The notes beneath the pieces are model-generated. The model was given only the letters and a program-made list of their open reading frames with translations. It ran no database searches and had not been told where the DNA came from. Position numbers and translations under genes: made by a program. Of a stretch of 64,000 nucleotides of DNA, positions 32,298 to 41,642 are shown piece after piece (the stretch's first letter is position 1; each line of letters opens with the position of its first letter). Origin of the DNA: an uncultured virus (IMG/VR IMGVR_UViG_3300020048_000049) (taxonomy: Duplodnaviria; Heunggongvirae; Uroviricota; Caudoviricetes); IMG/VR virus record IMGVR_UViG_3300020048_000049. One strand, written 5' to 3'.

Positions 32298-32726
32298 TTA
32301 ACGACTTCTCCTAGGAGCTGAATTCGTAGGAGTGTTATTATTTATAGTCGGAGCACCATCTATATGTGTGTCTGCTCCAAGTCTTTGAGTTCTATCTAAA
32401 ATTAATTGAATGTCGCCTTTTATTTTTGCAATATCTTCAATGAACTTTTCATCTTTATCTCTTTGTTTATCTAGTTTGGTAGAAATATTTTCTTCAATTT
32501 GCTTAACAAAAGCTTTATTGTTTTTGTCTAATTCTTTTTTGTACTCTTCTACATCTGATTTCACATCAAAGTAAGAAAAAGTAAATACAGTGCTAAATAT
32601 AGCTATTGCGCCAGCTATAATCCAGATAGCCGTTTTAACAGATAAACTTATTTTTGTGCTTTCGCCAATTTCAGTCCCATTTATATTTATATTGTTCCCT
32701 TCTGCCATATTACCAAGCGCTGGCAT
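32298..32726 (-). CDS. Single-TM coiled-coil protein (possible holin/lysis accessory)
   Basis: TM followed by coiled coil. Confidence 0.5.
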   Translation of the reverse strand: MPALGNMAEGNNININGTEIGESTKISLSVKTAIWIIAGAIAIFSTVFTFSYFDVKSDVEEYKKELDKNNKAFVKQIEENISTKLDKQRDKDEKFIEDIAKIKGDIQLILDRTQRLGADTHIDGAPTINNNTPTNSAPRRSR

Positions 32727-33153
32727 TTGACCAGCTAATTTTTATTTTTTGATTTGCACTTGTACTGTAAACATATCCCACATAGAAATAACCATTAAAC
32801 GAATTTGATTTAGGTTGAACTACTACGTATTTTAAATTAAACATTAAAGTATTTCTGCCATTAGGGTCAACCGCATAAACAGTTACTGGTTTTACATATG
32901 TATTAGCAGCATACCCGTTTGTATAAAAACTATTACTCCAAAAATAAATATCATAGTAATAATACCCGTTTGTTGAAAGTCCATTATTTACAACCATTAC
33001 GTAAAAAGAACCACAACCATAACAGGCCTCGTTTGATAATTCCCATGAATTATAATTATAGTTGCCTATGGTTATGCTGTTTTGCGCTGTAGAGTTTTTA
33101 ATAAAAAAAACAAAACATAATATACATATTAAATTTTTAAACCACTTTTTCAT
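32710..33153 (-). CDS. Signal-peptide-bearing protein
   Basis: MKKW..hydrophobic..STA-Q. Confidence 0.55.
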   Translation of the reverse strand: MKKWFKNLICILCFVFFIKNSTAQNSITIGNYNYNSWELSNEACYGCGSFYVMVVNNGLSTNGYYYYDIYFWSNSFYTNGYAANTYVKPVTVYAVDPNGRNTLMFNLKYVVVQPKSNSFNGYFYVGYVYSTSANQKIKISWSNASAW

Positions 33154-34328
33154 TGTTCGTAAATATTATCATATCCATAATTATGGGTAAAATCTTTAAT
33201 TAATATGCCTGCAATTGAATTTGCTTCATCTTCGATTTTGCCGCCTATATTTTGCACTTCTTCTCCTGGCTTAAACATTCCAAGCTCTCTTTGTCTGTTG
33301 TGTGTTAGTTCGTGTCCAATACTACGTAGTATATCAACTAGAGCTCTTCCGCCAGCTCTAATGTGATTTTCATTTTCACTTGGAAGATAAGAAGCTGTTG
33401 TTGAAATATATTCATCTCTACCATTTCTAATTACGACTGTAACTGGTTCTTGTATTTTCAACTTTGCACAAGTAAAATTTATGAAATCCTTTAAAATATC
33501 AACCCTTTCTGGGCTCATTCCTTGAATTCCTTTTTTTATCTTTAATGTATTTTTCTTAGTACCGTTCATTTTTTCTTCATCTAGACTCATGTTTTTGTCA
33601 TAAGAATTAACTTTCAATTTATCTAATTTATCTAAATACCCATTGTTTCTAAGCGTCTTAAAGACAAGATTTTCAGTAGAATATTCTCCGCCAGCCTCTA
33701 AAGCTGCTCCCCTCATTTTTTTTATTTTATCTTTTAATTTATCTGCAGCAGCAAATTTTTTATTGTCAGAAGATATAGCTTCTACTTTGTCAATTTTATT
33801 CATTAATTCTGCCGCCTTTAATTTTATTTCTTCAGAATCAATTGATACATTTTTCTTTGATGGTTTTTTTACCCAGGCACCTTTCATTAAACTATAAATA
33901 GCTTTTGAGCTATGTCCCTGTTCTGTATTTTTTGCGAATAACTCTACAGGAAAACCATAGATTGTAATATTATGCTTATTTGACCACATTTCTTTTTTTG
34001 CAAAAATATAATCAGAAGTAAGTTCATCTTCTTCTTCAGCATCAAACATAACATGAATATCAATGTCGCTATGACTGGTCCAATTATAGTTAGCTAAGCT
34101 TCCAGTAAAATAAATGTCTCTTATAGGGTATTCTAATCCAATAAAAGAATAAAATTCCTTACCAAGCTCTAGCATTTTTGCTCTTACTTGAGGTTTTAAA
34201 ACTCCTCCTTTTTCCCAAATTTTACCACTTAATCCAGATTTAAGTTTGGAAACATCAGTAACGTCAACATCTTCTGGGGATATAATTTCCTCTAGTTTCT
34301 TGCGTATGTGATATGGTACAAATTTCAT
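33150..34328 (-). CDS. Pol-beta-superfamily nucleotidyltransferase fused to an HExxH domain
   Basis: FTGSLANYNW..SDIDIH; C-terminal RSIGHELTH..Q...EDEAN. Confidence 0.8.
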   Translation of the reverse strand: MKFVPYHIRKKLEEIISPEDVDVTDVSKLKSGLSGKIWEKGGVLKPQVRAKMLELGKEFYSFIGLEYPIRDIYFTGSLANYNWTSHSDIDIHVMFDAEEEDELTSDYIFAKKEMWSNKHNITIYGFPVELFAKNTEQGHSSKAIYSLMKGAWVKKPSKKNVSIDSEEIKLKAAELMNKIDKVEAISSDNKKFAAADKLKDKIKKMRGAALEAGGEYSTENLVFKTLRNNGYLDKLDKLKVNSYDKNMSLDEEKMNGTKKNTLKIKKGIQGMSPERVDILKDFINFTCAKLKIQEPVTVVIRNGRDEYISTTASYLPSENENHIRAGGRALVDILRSIGHELTHNRQRELGMFKPGEEVQNIGGKIEDEANSIAGILIKDFTHNYGYDNIYEQ

Positions 34329-34344
34329 AATTATAAATAGAATG

Positions 34345-34373
34345 AAAAAAGCCAGTTTTAGCTGGCTTTCTTT
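34345..34373 (-). terminator. Intrinsic terminator
   Basis: aaagccag-tttta-gctggcttt hairpin downstream of the 34390 gene. Confidence 0.65.
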
Positions 34374-34389
34374 AGTGTGTTTTATGTTT

Positions 34390-34791
34390 TTAAGACCTAT
34401 CTTCGTCAGTTGGAACGTTGTAGCCCATCATCCTATTCCAAGTATCTTTTTCTCCCTCGTTTTGGAACCCTATGTGCTTTTTCTTATTAATGTCATCAAC
34501 GTCAACTTCTCTTTCTCTTAAAACGTGCTTATTTTCATTAATAATATTTTCAACAAAACTTTCACCGCTTTCAGACATAAGAGGATTTCTTAAGTCAATT
34601 TTTTTATTTATCTTCTTTATTTCCTCCGCAAGATTCTTTATCTCATTTGGATTTAACTTAGTTGAATTAGAAGCTATAGTAGCATTCTCCTTAATTGAAT
34701 TAAGGGGTTTTGCAGGCACTTCACTCTCAGTAGAGAATAAATGTTTTTTTGCCTCGGCAATAACGTATTTTTTGAAGTCTTCTTTGTTCAT
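34390..34791 (-). CDS. Tagged putative virion protein
   Basis: Start MNKEDFKKYVIAEA; TATTTAT (minus) 34813-34819. Confidence 0.6.
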   Translation of the reverse strand: MNKEDFKKYVIAEAKKHLFSTESEVPAKPLNSIKENATIASNSTKLNPNEIKNLAEEIKKINKKIDLRNPLMSESGESFVENIINENKHVLREREVDVDDINKKKHIGFQNEGEKDTWNRMMGYNVPTDEDRS

Positions 34792-34869
34792 AAGAAACAG
34801 AAAGTATTTATAATAAATATAATAAAATTTTGCAATTTTTAAAGGTTTAAGTATAAAAACATATATTAT

Positions 34870-34897
34870 GAAACTTTTATTTACTTTTATCGTATAA
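34870..34897 (+). promoter_or_regulatory. ECF-sigma-like promoter
   Basis: GAAACTTTTATTTACTTTTATCGTATAA. Confidence 0.65.
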
Positions 34898-35007
34898 TTA
34901 GTAGAAGACGAATCAACAAACGCTGTTCTCGCTTTCATGTTTTTTCTAAATTCCTCTGTATTGGTCCATAAGTTCACCCATAACATCCCCNNNNNNNNNN
35001 TCCTCTT

Positions 35008-35035
35008 AAAAATCCTAGTTATCTAGGATTTTTTT
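35008..35035 (+). terminator. Intrinsic terminator
   Basis: aaaaatcctag-ttat-ctaggattttttt. Confidence 0.8.
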
Positions 35036-35067
35036 GTTTGTTTAAAAAAAATTTATATATTTGTAGC

Positions 35068-35511
35068 ATGAATGATATAAAAAAGGAAATTTTAGAACAA
35101 TTTGAAGATGAAACTATTGAATTTATTCATGGTCAAGACGATAATTTAATTGGATACGCTGAAATGTTTGGAAATCCTTGTATTTTAATATACAAGGATA
35201 TTAATTTTATACCACTTTCTCCAGATGATGCCATTGAGAAAATACAAAAAATAAACCCAGAAGCTAGGACTCATGATGGGTCTGATAATTCTGTTATTGG
35301 ACATTTAATTCTTGACAATGGTTCAACTGTACTTTTATATGACAGAGAGTCTTTGGTTGAAGAATTGAAAAAAGGCTACATGGAAGATGAAACTGGGCTA
35401 TTTGAAGATGAAGATGATTGTGAAACATCCGCCTGGGAATGGTATTATGTAAACTCTTTAGGTTCTTATATGAGTGGTATACCAGCTTTTGCCGTCTTAT
35501 ATTCTAAGTAA
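35068..35511 (+). CDS. Hypothetical acidic protein with an internal duplication
   Basis: HG.D...IG repeated twice; TTTG-N19-TATATTTG promoter at 35033-35063. Confidence 0.65.
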   Translation: MNDIKKEILEQFEDETIEFIHGQDDNLIGYAEMFGNPCILIYKDINFIPLSPDDAIEKIQKINPEARTHDGSDNSVIGHLILDNGSTVLLYDRESLVEELKKGYMEDETGLFEDEDDCETSAWEWYYVNSLGSYMSGIPAFAVLYSK

Positions 35512-35867
35512 TATTTTTTTATAAGCTCTGGAAACTTATTTGAAAACAACTCTTGTGAGTATATTGTATATTCATTTTTACCATTAATTGAAATATGCGC
35601 AATAGCTGGATTGGTAACTCTTGTAGCGTTTATAGTGTCTCCATTTAGCAACGTGATGTCAAAAACGCTAGCCTCTCCGCCTTTAGTCTGAGCTCCTAAT
35701 TGACCATGAATCTTAACGGGCTTTAATTCAGAAAGAGCTTCTTTATACATTTTTCCAATTTGGTCTGCAAATCCCCTATCTTTTAAGTCTTGAATATCCA
35801 TCTTCACCTCACAAAGAAGTGAGGTTTCAATTGATTCACGTATTAATTTTCTGATATTAAAAAGCAT
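35466..35867 (-). CDS. Tagged putative virion protein
   Basis: IRKLIRESIE; TATTTAT (minus) 35885-35891. Confidence 0.6.
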   Translation of the reverse strand: MLFNIRKLIRESIETSLLCEVKMDIQDLKDRGFADQIGKMYKEALSELKPVKIHGQLGAQTKGGEASVFDITLLNGDTINATRVTNPAIAHISINGKNEYTIYSQELFSNKFPELIKKYYLEYKTAKAGIPLI

Positions 35868-35869
35868 AA

Positions 35870-35898
35870 AAAACCCTATTTACAATAAATAGGGTTTT
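35870..35898 (-). terminator. Terminator hairpin overlapping a TATTTAT motif
   Basis: aaaaccctattt-acaat-aaatagggtttt. Confidence 0.7.
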
Positions 35899-35902
35899 AT
35901 TT

Positions 35903-37105
35903 TTAATTGCGATATAAGAGTTTTTCAAAATTAGCAGTCTCTAATCTGTCTTTTTCTTCTCCAAGTTCTTTTCCGCTAAATCCTTGACTCATCAAATCTT
36001 GAGCATTAACTGTGAACTTAAATTCTTCAAAAGCATCTAATAGTTGAGACACAATACCTTCGTTGGCACCAAAATTTCTAATTTGGTCATCACTAACTCC
36101 AGAAGTTTTTTGAGCCTTTTTAAAAGCAACAGCCGTGTTAATGTCAAGTTTCAATAAAGAAATTAAAAAAGAAATAGATTTGATTTCATCTGCAGAATAT
36201 TTTAAGCCATTAAGAATTGCTCTTAAAGAATCAATTTTATTTCCCTTTAGTAAATGAGATAACAATACGATATAATCATTATAATTATAATCACCCTGCA
36301 TTCTATAGATGTAAGATTCATCAACTTTTAGTCCTGGAAAAATCCAATCAAATAAATTGTATTTTTCAAGCATTTGTAAAAAATGCTTAACAGATTTAGC
36401 AGATTTTATTCCTTTTAAAAATTCATCTCTAATTCTTTCTCCTGAAACTCCTTCAAGACTTGAATCTTTCTGTAAGGCAGCATCGACTGCTGGGTCAAGG
36501 TTAGACCCAAATCTACCAGCAAATCTAATCGCTCTTAAGATTCTCAATCTATCTTCTCCGAATCTTTCTTCAGCACTTCCAACTGTTCTGACAATCCCTT
36601 TATTTAAATCTTCAATACCGCCCACAAGGTCAACAACCTCGCCAGTATCAATATCATAAAATAAAGCATTGATTGTTAAATCACGTCTTTTAACATCACC
36701 AGCAATATCAGTAAATTCAACAGCGTCAGGTCTACGGCCACCAGACAAATCTCGTCTAAAAGTTGCAATTTCGTATTCGCCCTCACTTGTAAATACATTT
36801 ATAACCCCAAATGCTTTTCCAGTCGGTAGCGTGCGTAGACCAGAGGCCTTCATCATTTCTTCAACTTTATCTGGAACAGCATCAGTTGCCAAATCATAAT
36901 CTTTAGGCGTTTTTCCTAATAGAGCATCACGCACAGCACCTCCAACTACATATAATTTAAAACCATTTTTTTTAAAAATATCTTTAATTTGTAATATGTC
37001 TGATGGTACTGGGATAGTTTTTTTTAATCTAATTTCATTAGATTCTTTCATTTCGCTTTCCATTAAAATCTTCCTCACTTCTAATCTTATTTTTTTATTT
37101 TCCAT
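35903..37105 (-). CDS. cca: CCA-adding enzyme / class II tRNA nucleotidyltransferase
   Basis: VGGAVRD..KDYDLAT, EIATFR, RRDLTINA, EDRLRILRAIRF, SGERIRDE. Confidence 0.9.
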   Translation of the reverse strand: MENKKIRLEVRKILMESEMKESNEIRLKKTIPVPSDILQIKDIFKKNGFKLYVVGGAVRDALLGKTPKDYDLATDAVPDKVEEMMKASGLRTLPTGKAFGVINVFTSEGEYEIATFRRDLSGGRRPDAVEFTDIAGDVKRRDLTINALFYDIDTGEVVDLVGGIEDLNKGIVRTVGSAEERFGEDRLRILRAIRFAGRFGSNLDPAVDAALQKDSSLEGVSGERIRDEFLKGIKSAKSVKHFLQMLEKYNLFDWIFPGLKVDESYIYRMQGDYNYNDYIVLLSHLLKGNKIDSLRAILNGLKYSADEIKSISFLISLLKLDINTAVAFKKAQKTSGVSDDQIRNFGANEGIVSQLLDAFEEFKFTVNAQDLMSQGFSGKELGEEKDRLETANFEKLLYRN

Positions 37106-37106
37106 A

Positions 37107-37616
37107 TTATTCTATTGAGTCAAAAGGGTTATCTATTAAATTTATTTTAATAAAATTTTTACTTAAATCATGCGGCACTTCTTGGCCTGACTCTATGTAT
37201 TTATTTATTTCAGCAAATTTTCTACCAACTCCTTCTATTCCTTTTAAAAATTTTCTTTTATTTAATTCTTTCTTCCAATTGTTTAATAAACTCTCAATAT
37301 ACTCACGCACACCGCTTGNNNNNNNNNNGCTTGAATTTGCAGAGTGTACCATGAAATCTAAATTACGTATAGGTAATTCTTTTTCAAAAACCATCCACTT
37401 AGCCGCATCCTTACCCTCTTCCATACTATCGCCCAAATCGTTATCAAATGAAATATAGTCTGGAACACCTTTCAATTCTATAGTTTTTTTAAAATCGGTT
37501 AAATTCCTGACAATCAACCATTCTTCGTTTTTTGTAGAAGGGTATATGTCTGTAGGCATTCTTATGTCATCTAAGAAAACTTTATAAAAATCTATTAGTA
37601 CATCTTTGCGTTTCAT
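37107..37616 (-). CDS. Cyclic-phosphate-processing receiver-domain (cREC-like) protein
   Basis: FLDDIRMP, IVRN, ISFDNDLG, GKDAAKW, VHSAN. Confidence 0.8.
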   Translation of the reverse strand: MKRKDVLIDFYKVFLDDIRMPTDIYPSTKNEEWLIVRNLTDFKKTIELKGVPDYISFDNDLGDSMEEGKDAAKWMVFEKELPIRNLDFMVHSANSSXXXXSGVREYIESLLNNWKKELNKRKFLKGIEGVGRKFAEINKYIESGQEVPHDLSKNFIKINLIDNPFDSIE

Positions 37617-37645
37617 TATAATAAATACTTTATTTATTTATTTAT

Positions 37646-37673
37646 TTATACGTTTTATTTTATATAAAGTTTC
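37646..37673 (-). promoter_or_regulatory. ECF-sigma-like promoter for cREC-cca
   Basis: Minus strand GAAACTTTATATAAAATAAAACGTATAA. Confidence 0.65.
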
Positions 37674-37759
37674 TATTTTTTTTATATATTTTGATAATTA
37701 CTTTTATAAATTAAGATAATGACTTTTATAAGTTTATTCATAAGAAAAAATAAATATTT

Positions 37760-37787
37760 GAAACTTTATTGCTATATTTGCGTATAA
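37760..37787 (+). promoter_or_regulatory. Composite promoter of the NAD operon (ECF-like with nested TATATTTG)
   Basis: GAAACTTTATTGCTATATTTGCGTATAA. Confidence 0.7.
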
Positions 37788-37806
37788 AAAATAAAAAAAC
37801 AATATT

Positions 37807-39051
37807 ATGGGTATTATTAAAAGTATATTGGATACGGATTTATATAAGCTGACTATGCAGAATGCTGTTTGTAAACTTTTTCCAAGAGCAAATGTAAGAT
37901 ATGAATTTATTAATCGTGGCAAAACAATTTTTCCTAGCGGTTTTGATAAAAAACTTAGGAAAGAAATTGAGTCAATGTCAAGCTTATTTTTGACAAAAGA
38001 ACAAAAAACTTTTTTTCGTTTAAAATGCGGTAGATTCATGGATGATGTATATTTCGACTTCCTTGAATCTTATAGATTTGACCCATCAGAAGTGGGTGTT
38101 ATCATGGAAAAAAATGGTGACTTAAAAATAGTTATTGAAGGCCCTTGGTATCGAACAATTTTATGGGAAGTTCCTTTGATGGCTTTAATATCAGAACTTT
38201 ATTTTATTGAGACAAGGCCAGCAATTAAAGATAGAAATGAGCGTTTAAAAAACAACAACAGTAAAGCTATGTTATTTCATCAGCATAGTATGAAAGTAAC
38301 TGACTTCGGAACTCGTAGACGTTTTTCTTTTGACAATCAATTAGAGGTTTGTAAAGACATGAAAAACATGTTCGGAAGTGAAAAATTCTTTGTCGGAACT
38401 TCGAATGTTCAAATTGCAATGGACCTTGGACTTACACCAATTGGAACACATGCTCATGAATGGTTTATGTTCATGGCTGCTCGCTATGGCTACAAAATGG
38501 CAAATCATATGGCATTAGAACATTGGTCTGATGTTTATCAAGGAGACCTTGGAACAGCTTTAACTGATACTTATACAACAGATGCTTTCTTAAAATCTTT
38601 CAATAAAAAGTTTTCAAAACTTTACGATGGTCCTAGACACGATTCTAATAGTCCTTATACTTGGACAGATAAGTTTGTAAATCATTACAAAGGTATGAAT
38701 ATACCACCATCTACAAAAAACCTAGTTTTTTCTAACAACCTAAAAGCAATCTCTGATAACAAAGATGAGTCCGCTGTTGATATACATGAATATTGTATTA
38801 AACAAGGAGAAGGTATTGGCCATTCTTTTGGAATAGGAACGCATTTTTCAAATGACATCATGCTTGACGCAAGACCTTTGAATATGGTAATTAAAATAGT
38901 TTCGGCACAAGCAATTCCAGGAAGCGATGAATGGATTGACACTGTTAAACTAAGCGATGATTTAGGTAAAAACACTGGTAACAATAAAGCTATTCAATTA
39001 TGCAAAGACACATTGAATATTCCAGAAATTAAAGAATTAGAAAAAGTTTAA
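37807..39051 (+). CDS. pncB: Nicotinate phosphoribosyltransferase
   Basis: LDTDLYKLTM, DFGTRRRFS, GTSNV, GTHAHEW, FGIGT, KLSDD.GK.TG. Confidence 0.92.
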   Translation: MGIIKSILDTDLYKLTMQNAVCKLFPRANVRYEFINRGKTIFPSGFDKKLRKEIESMSSLFLTKEQKTFFRLKCGRFMDDVYFDFLESYRFDPSEVGVIMEKNGDLKIVIEGPWYRTILWEVPLMALISELYFIETRPAIKDRNERLKNNNSKAMLFHQHSMKVTDFGTRRRFSFDNQLEVCKDMKNMFGSEKFFVGTSNVQIAMDLGLTPIGTHAHEWFMFMAARYGYKMANHMALEHWSDVYQGDLGTALTDTYTTDAFLKSFNKKFSKLYDGPRHDSNSPYTWTDKFVNHYKGMNIPPSTKNLVFSNNLKAISDNKDESAVDIHEYCIKQGEGIGHSFGIGTHFSNDIMLDARPLNMVIKIVSAQAIPGSDEWIDTVKLSDDLGKNTGNNKAIQLCKDTLNIPEIKELEKV

Positions 39052-39053
39052 AT

Positions 39054-39623
39054 ATGAAAAAAGTAATTAGATTACAAAAAGAAATTCGTGATTACGATAA
39101 GTATTTTAAAATTGATTCAGTTGTTATTGACGAATTGGAGGATGGTATTTTTAAAGATTCTTATACTAGATATAAGTTAACTAGACCTGATGCTGTTGCG
39201 ATACTTGTGTTCAATGAAGACACAAAACAAATTACATTAGTTAAACAATTTAGATATCCAATCTCGCATAGAGAATCTGAAAACATCCTTGAGGTTGTAG
39301 CTGGTAAAATTGATGGCGATGAGTCTCCAAAAAAAGCTGCAATAAGAGAGCTTGAGGAAGAAATAGGTTACAGAATATCGGAAGAAATACTTAGCAATCC
39401 AATTGAAATGTATGCATCTGCAGGCTATTCAACAGAAAAGATTTACATCTTTTTAGCAGTTGTAAAAAATTCAGATAAAGTTTCTGATGGAGGCGGAGTT
39501 GCTGGAGAACATGAAAATATTGAAATTGTAAATATGGACTTAAACGATTTTATGTCAAAAATTCGCTCAAATGAAATAAAAGATTCTAAAACTTTATTAG
39601 CATCTACTCTTATTAAATTATGA
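39054..39623 (+). CDS. Nudix hydrolase, ADP-ribose pyrophosphatase (NudF/NudK-like)
   Basis: Nudix box GKIDGDESPKKAAIRELEEEIG; DAVAIL, KQFRYP, E.E.I, D.KT. Confidence 0.85.
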   Translation: MKKVIRLQKEIRDYDKYFKIDSVVIDELEDGIFKDSYTRYKLTRPDAVAILVFNEDTKQITLVKQFRYPISHRESENILEVVAGKIDGDESPKKAAIRELEEEIGYRISEEILSNPIEMYASAGYSTEKIYIFLAVVKNSDKVSDGGGVAGEHENIEIVNMDLNDFMSKIRSNEIKDSKTLLASTLIKL

Positions 39624-39910
39624 ATTTATCATTTGAAATAATTGAGAGCTTTGGTTTGAAAAAAAAATTTATAACTCCTGATTGGGATGATGCTGGATAT
39701 GAATTTACATTACCATCTGGTATAGTTTTAACTGGATTTCATATGCTAAACACTTCTCCATATCCAATGGATACATTAGAAGGATTATCTGGATTCATTT
39801 ATATAAAAACTAAAGAAGAACTAGAAAAATTAATTTCATTAACGTATGAGCAAACCCTGCAATATGTAAAAGAAAAAAACCCAGAATTTAATATTGAAGA
39901 ATGGATATGA
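39620..39910 (+). CDS. Hypothetical protein inside the NAD operon
   Basis: Overlaps both neighbours. Confidence 0.65.
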   Translation: MNLSFEIIESFGLKKKFITPDWDDAGYEFTLPSGIVLTGFHMLNTSPYPMDTLEGLSGFIYIKTKEELEKLISLTYEQTLQYVKEKNPEFNIEEWI

Positions 39911-40533
39911 AAAAAACACGTATAGGCTTATTGTTTGGCTCGTTTAACCCAATTCACATTGGGCACTTAGTAATGGCTGAAATGGCTATAGAATCTGGCC
40001 ATGTTGACTTTGTATGGTTTGTAGTATCTCCTAATAGTCCATACAAAATGGACAAAGGCATATTGGCGCCACCAGATGATAGATATGCTATGGTAATGAA
40101 AGCTGTTGCATATAATAATAAATTTGGAGTAGACACCACTGAGTTCTATTTAGAAGGGCCTTCATATACTTATATTACTCTTGGAAAATTAAAAGAAAAA
40201 CATCCAGAACATGAATTTCATTTGATTTGCGGAACTGATGTATACGTTGATATTCCTAACTGGCATGGCGGAAAAGAAGTTATTGAGGCAGTTAACTTTC
40301 TTGTATATCCAAGAAATACGTCAACAAATTATTCTCCAGAAGAAATGGCAANNNNNNNNNNNNNNNNNNNNNNNNNNNNNNNNNNNNNNNNNNCAAATTT
40401 CTTGAACGGAGTCCCTACTCTTGAAATATCATCAACTTTTTTGCGAGAACAAATAAAAAAAGATAAATCAACGAAACATTTATTGCCAGAATCCGTACAA
40501 ACATATATTAAAGAATATAATTTATATAAATAA
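39907..40533 (+). CDS. nadD: Nicotinate mononucleotide adenylyltransferase
   Basis: [20 protein letters not shown]...W, EISST..R; N gap inside. Confidence 0.92.
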   Translation: MKKTRIGLLFGSFNPIHIGHLVMAEMAIESGHVDFVWFVVSPNSPYKMDKGILAPPDDRYAMVMKAVAYNNKFGVDTTEFYLEGPSYTYITLGKLKEKHPEHEFHLICGTDVYVDIPNWHGGKEVIEAVNFLVYPRNTSTNYSPEEMAXXXXXXXXXXXXXXXNFLNGVPTLEISSTFLREQIKKDKSTKHLLPESVQTYIKEYNLYK

Positions 40534-40534
40534 A

Positions 40535-41404
40535 ATGGAAACAACAACTCAAAAAAAATCATTAAATTATTCCGAAGTAAATTATCAAATTTCAAAATGG
40601 TTACAAAACTACGCTATTGATTCAAAAATGAATGGATATGTTATAGGAGTATCTGGGGGAATTGACTCGGCTGTATGTTCAACATTATGTGCCGCAACTG
40701 GCCTACCTCTTACTGTTATTAGAATGTCAATTCATCAGGCTCCTGACCAAGCTGACCGTGGCGCTAAGCATATCGAATGGCTTAAATCAAAATACCCAAA
40801 TGTATCTTCTTTAGATATTGACCTTACACAATCTTACGATAATCAAATTGATGCCCTAAAAAACTCTGGCGGATTTGATAATGTATCAGAAGAACAAATA
40901 TTCTTAACATCTGCTAATACACGCTCAAGACTTCGTATGATTACTTTATACGGTATTGGTGGCGCTCATAAATTATTGGTATGTGGCACTGGAAACAAAG
41001 TAGAAGATTATGGAATTGGATTCTTTACGAAGTTTGGTGATGGGGGAGTTGACCTTTCTCCGATTGGAGAATTAATGAAGTCTGAAGTTTATGCTCTTGC
41101 CGCAGAGATGGACATCATTAAAGAGATATTAGACGCAAGACCTACTGATGGATTATGGGCAGATGGCCGTACTGATGAAGACCAAATTGGGGCTACATAT
41201 GATGAGCTTGAATGGGCTATGGAATTTTGTGATACAGCTCCAGCAATAGTAGAGGGGTTTGTTTATGGGCATGAATCCGCTTTTTTTGCACCACTTTCAG
41301 ACAGACAAAAAGAAGTAGTTAGAATCTACTGGAAGCGCCATAAAGCAAATGCGCATAAAATGATAATGCCTCCAATTTGTAACATATCTAATTTAAGAAA
41401 CTAA
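40535..41404 (+). CDS. nadE: NH3-dependent NAD+ synthetase
   Basis: GVSGGIDS, NTRSRLRM, GTGNKVE, FFTKFGDGG, PTDGLW...TDEDQIG; no glutaminase domain. Confidence 0.93.
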   Translation: METTTQKKSLNYSEVNYQISKWLQNYAIDSKMNGYVIGVSGGIDSAVCSTLCAATGLPLTVIRMSIHQAPDQADRGAKHIEWLKSKYPNVSSLDIDLTQSYDNQIDALKNSGGFDNVSEEQIFLTSANTRSRLRMITLYGIGGAHKLLVCGTGNKVEDYGIGFFTKFGDGGVDLSPIGELMKSEVYALAAEMDIIKEILDARPTDGLWADGRTDEDQIGATYDELEWAMEFCDTAPAIVEGFVYGHESAFFAPLSDRQKEVVRIYWKRHKANAHKMIMPPICNISNLRN

Positions 41405-41405
41405 T

Positions 41406-41618
41406 ATGGAAAAATTAATTATATTTCTAAAAATTATAGCTTGGGCAATTGCTATTATATCTACTATATTTACCTTTTTGACAATATGGGGAACATTAAC
41501 ATATCCAGGAAGTGCTGATGAATGGAATGATAAACTTCGTGGAATTAGAAGAGAATATCCTGTAGTCAGATGGTTAATAGCTGCAATTATATCTTGGGCA
41601 TTTATAATTGCATTTTAA
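41406..41618 (+). CDS. Small membrane protein
   Basis: Two hydrophobic segments. Confidence 0.6.
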   Translation: MEKLIIFLKIIAWAIAIISTIFTFLTIWGTLTYPGSADEWNDKLRGIRREYPVVRWLIAAIISWAFIIAF

Positions 41619-41642
41619 TTGGTCACAACAAAAATAAAAAAT

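Noticed and set aside
37807..41404. Bacterial chromosomal origin of the NAD genes
   Set aside because: Same composition, apparent GATC avoidance and promoter motifs as the flanking phage genes; no rRNA or ribosomal context. Chimerism cannot be fully excluded without reads.
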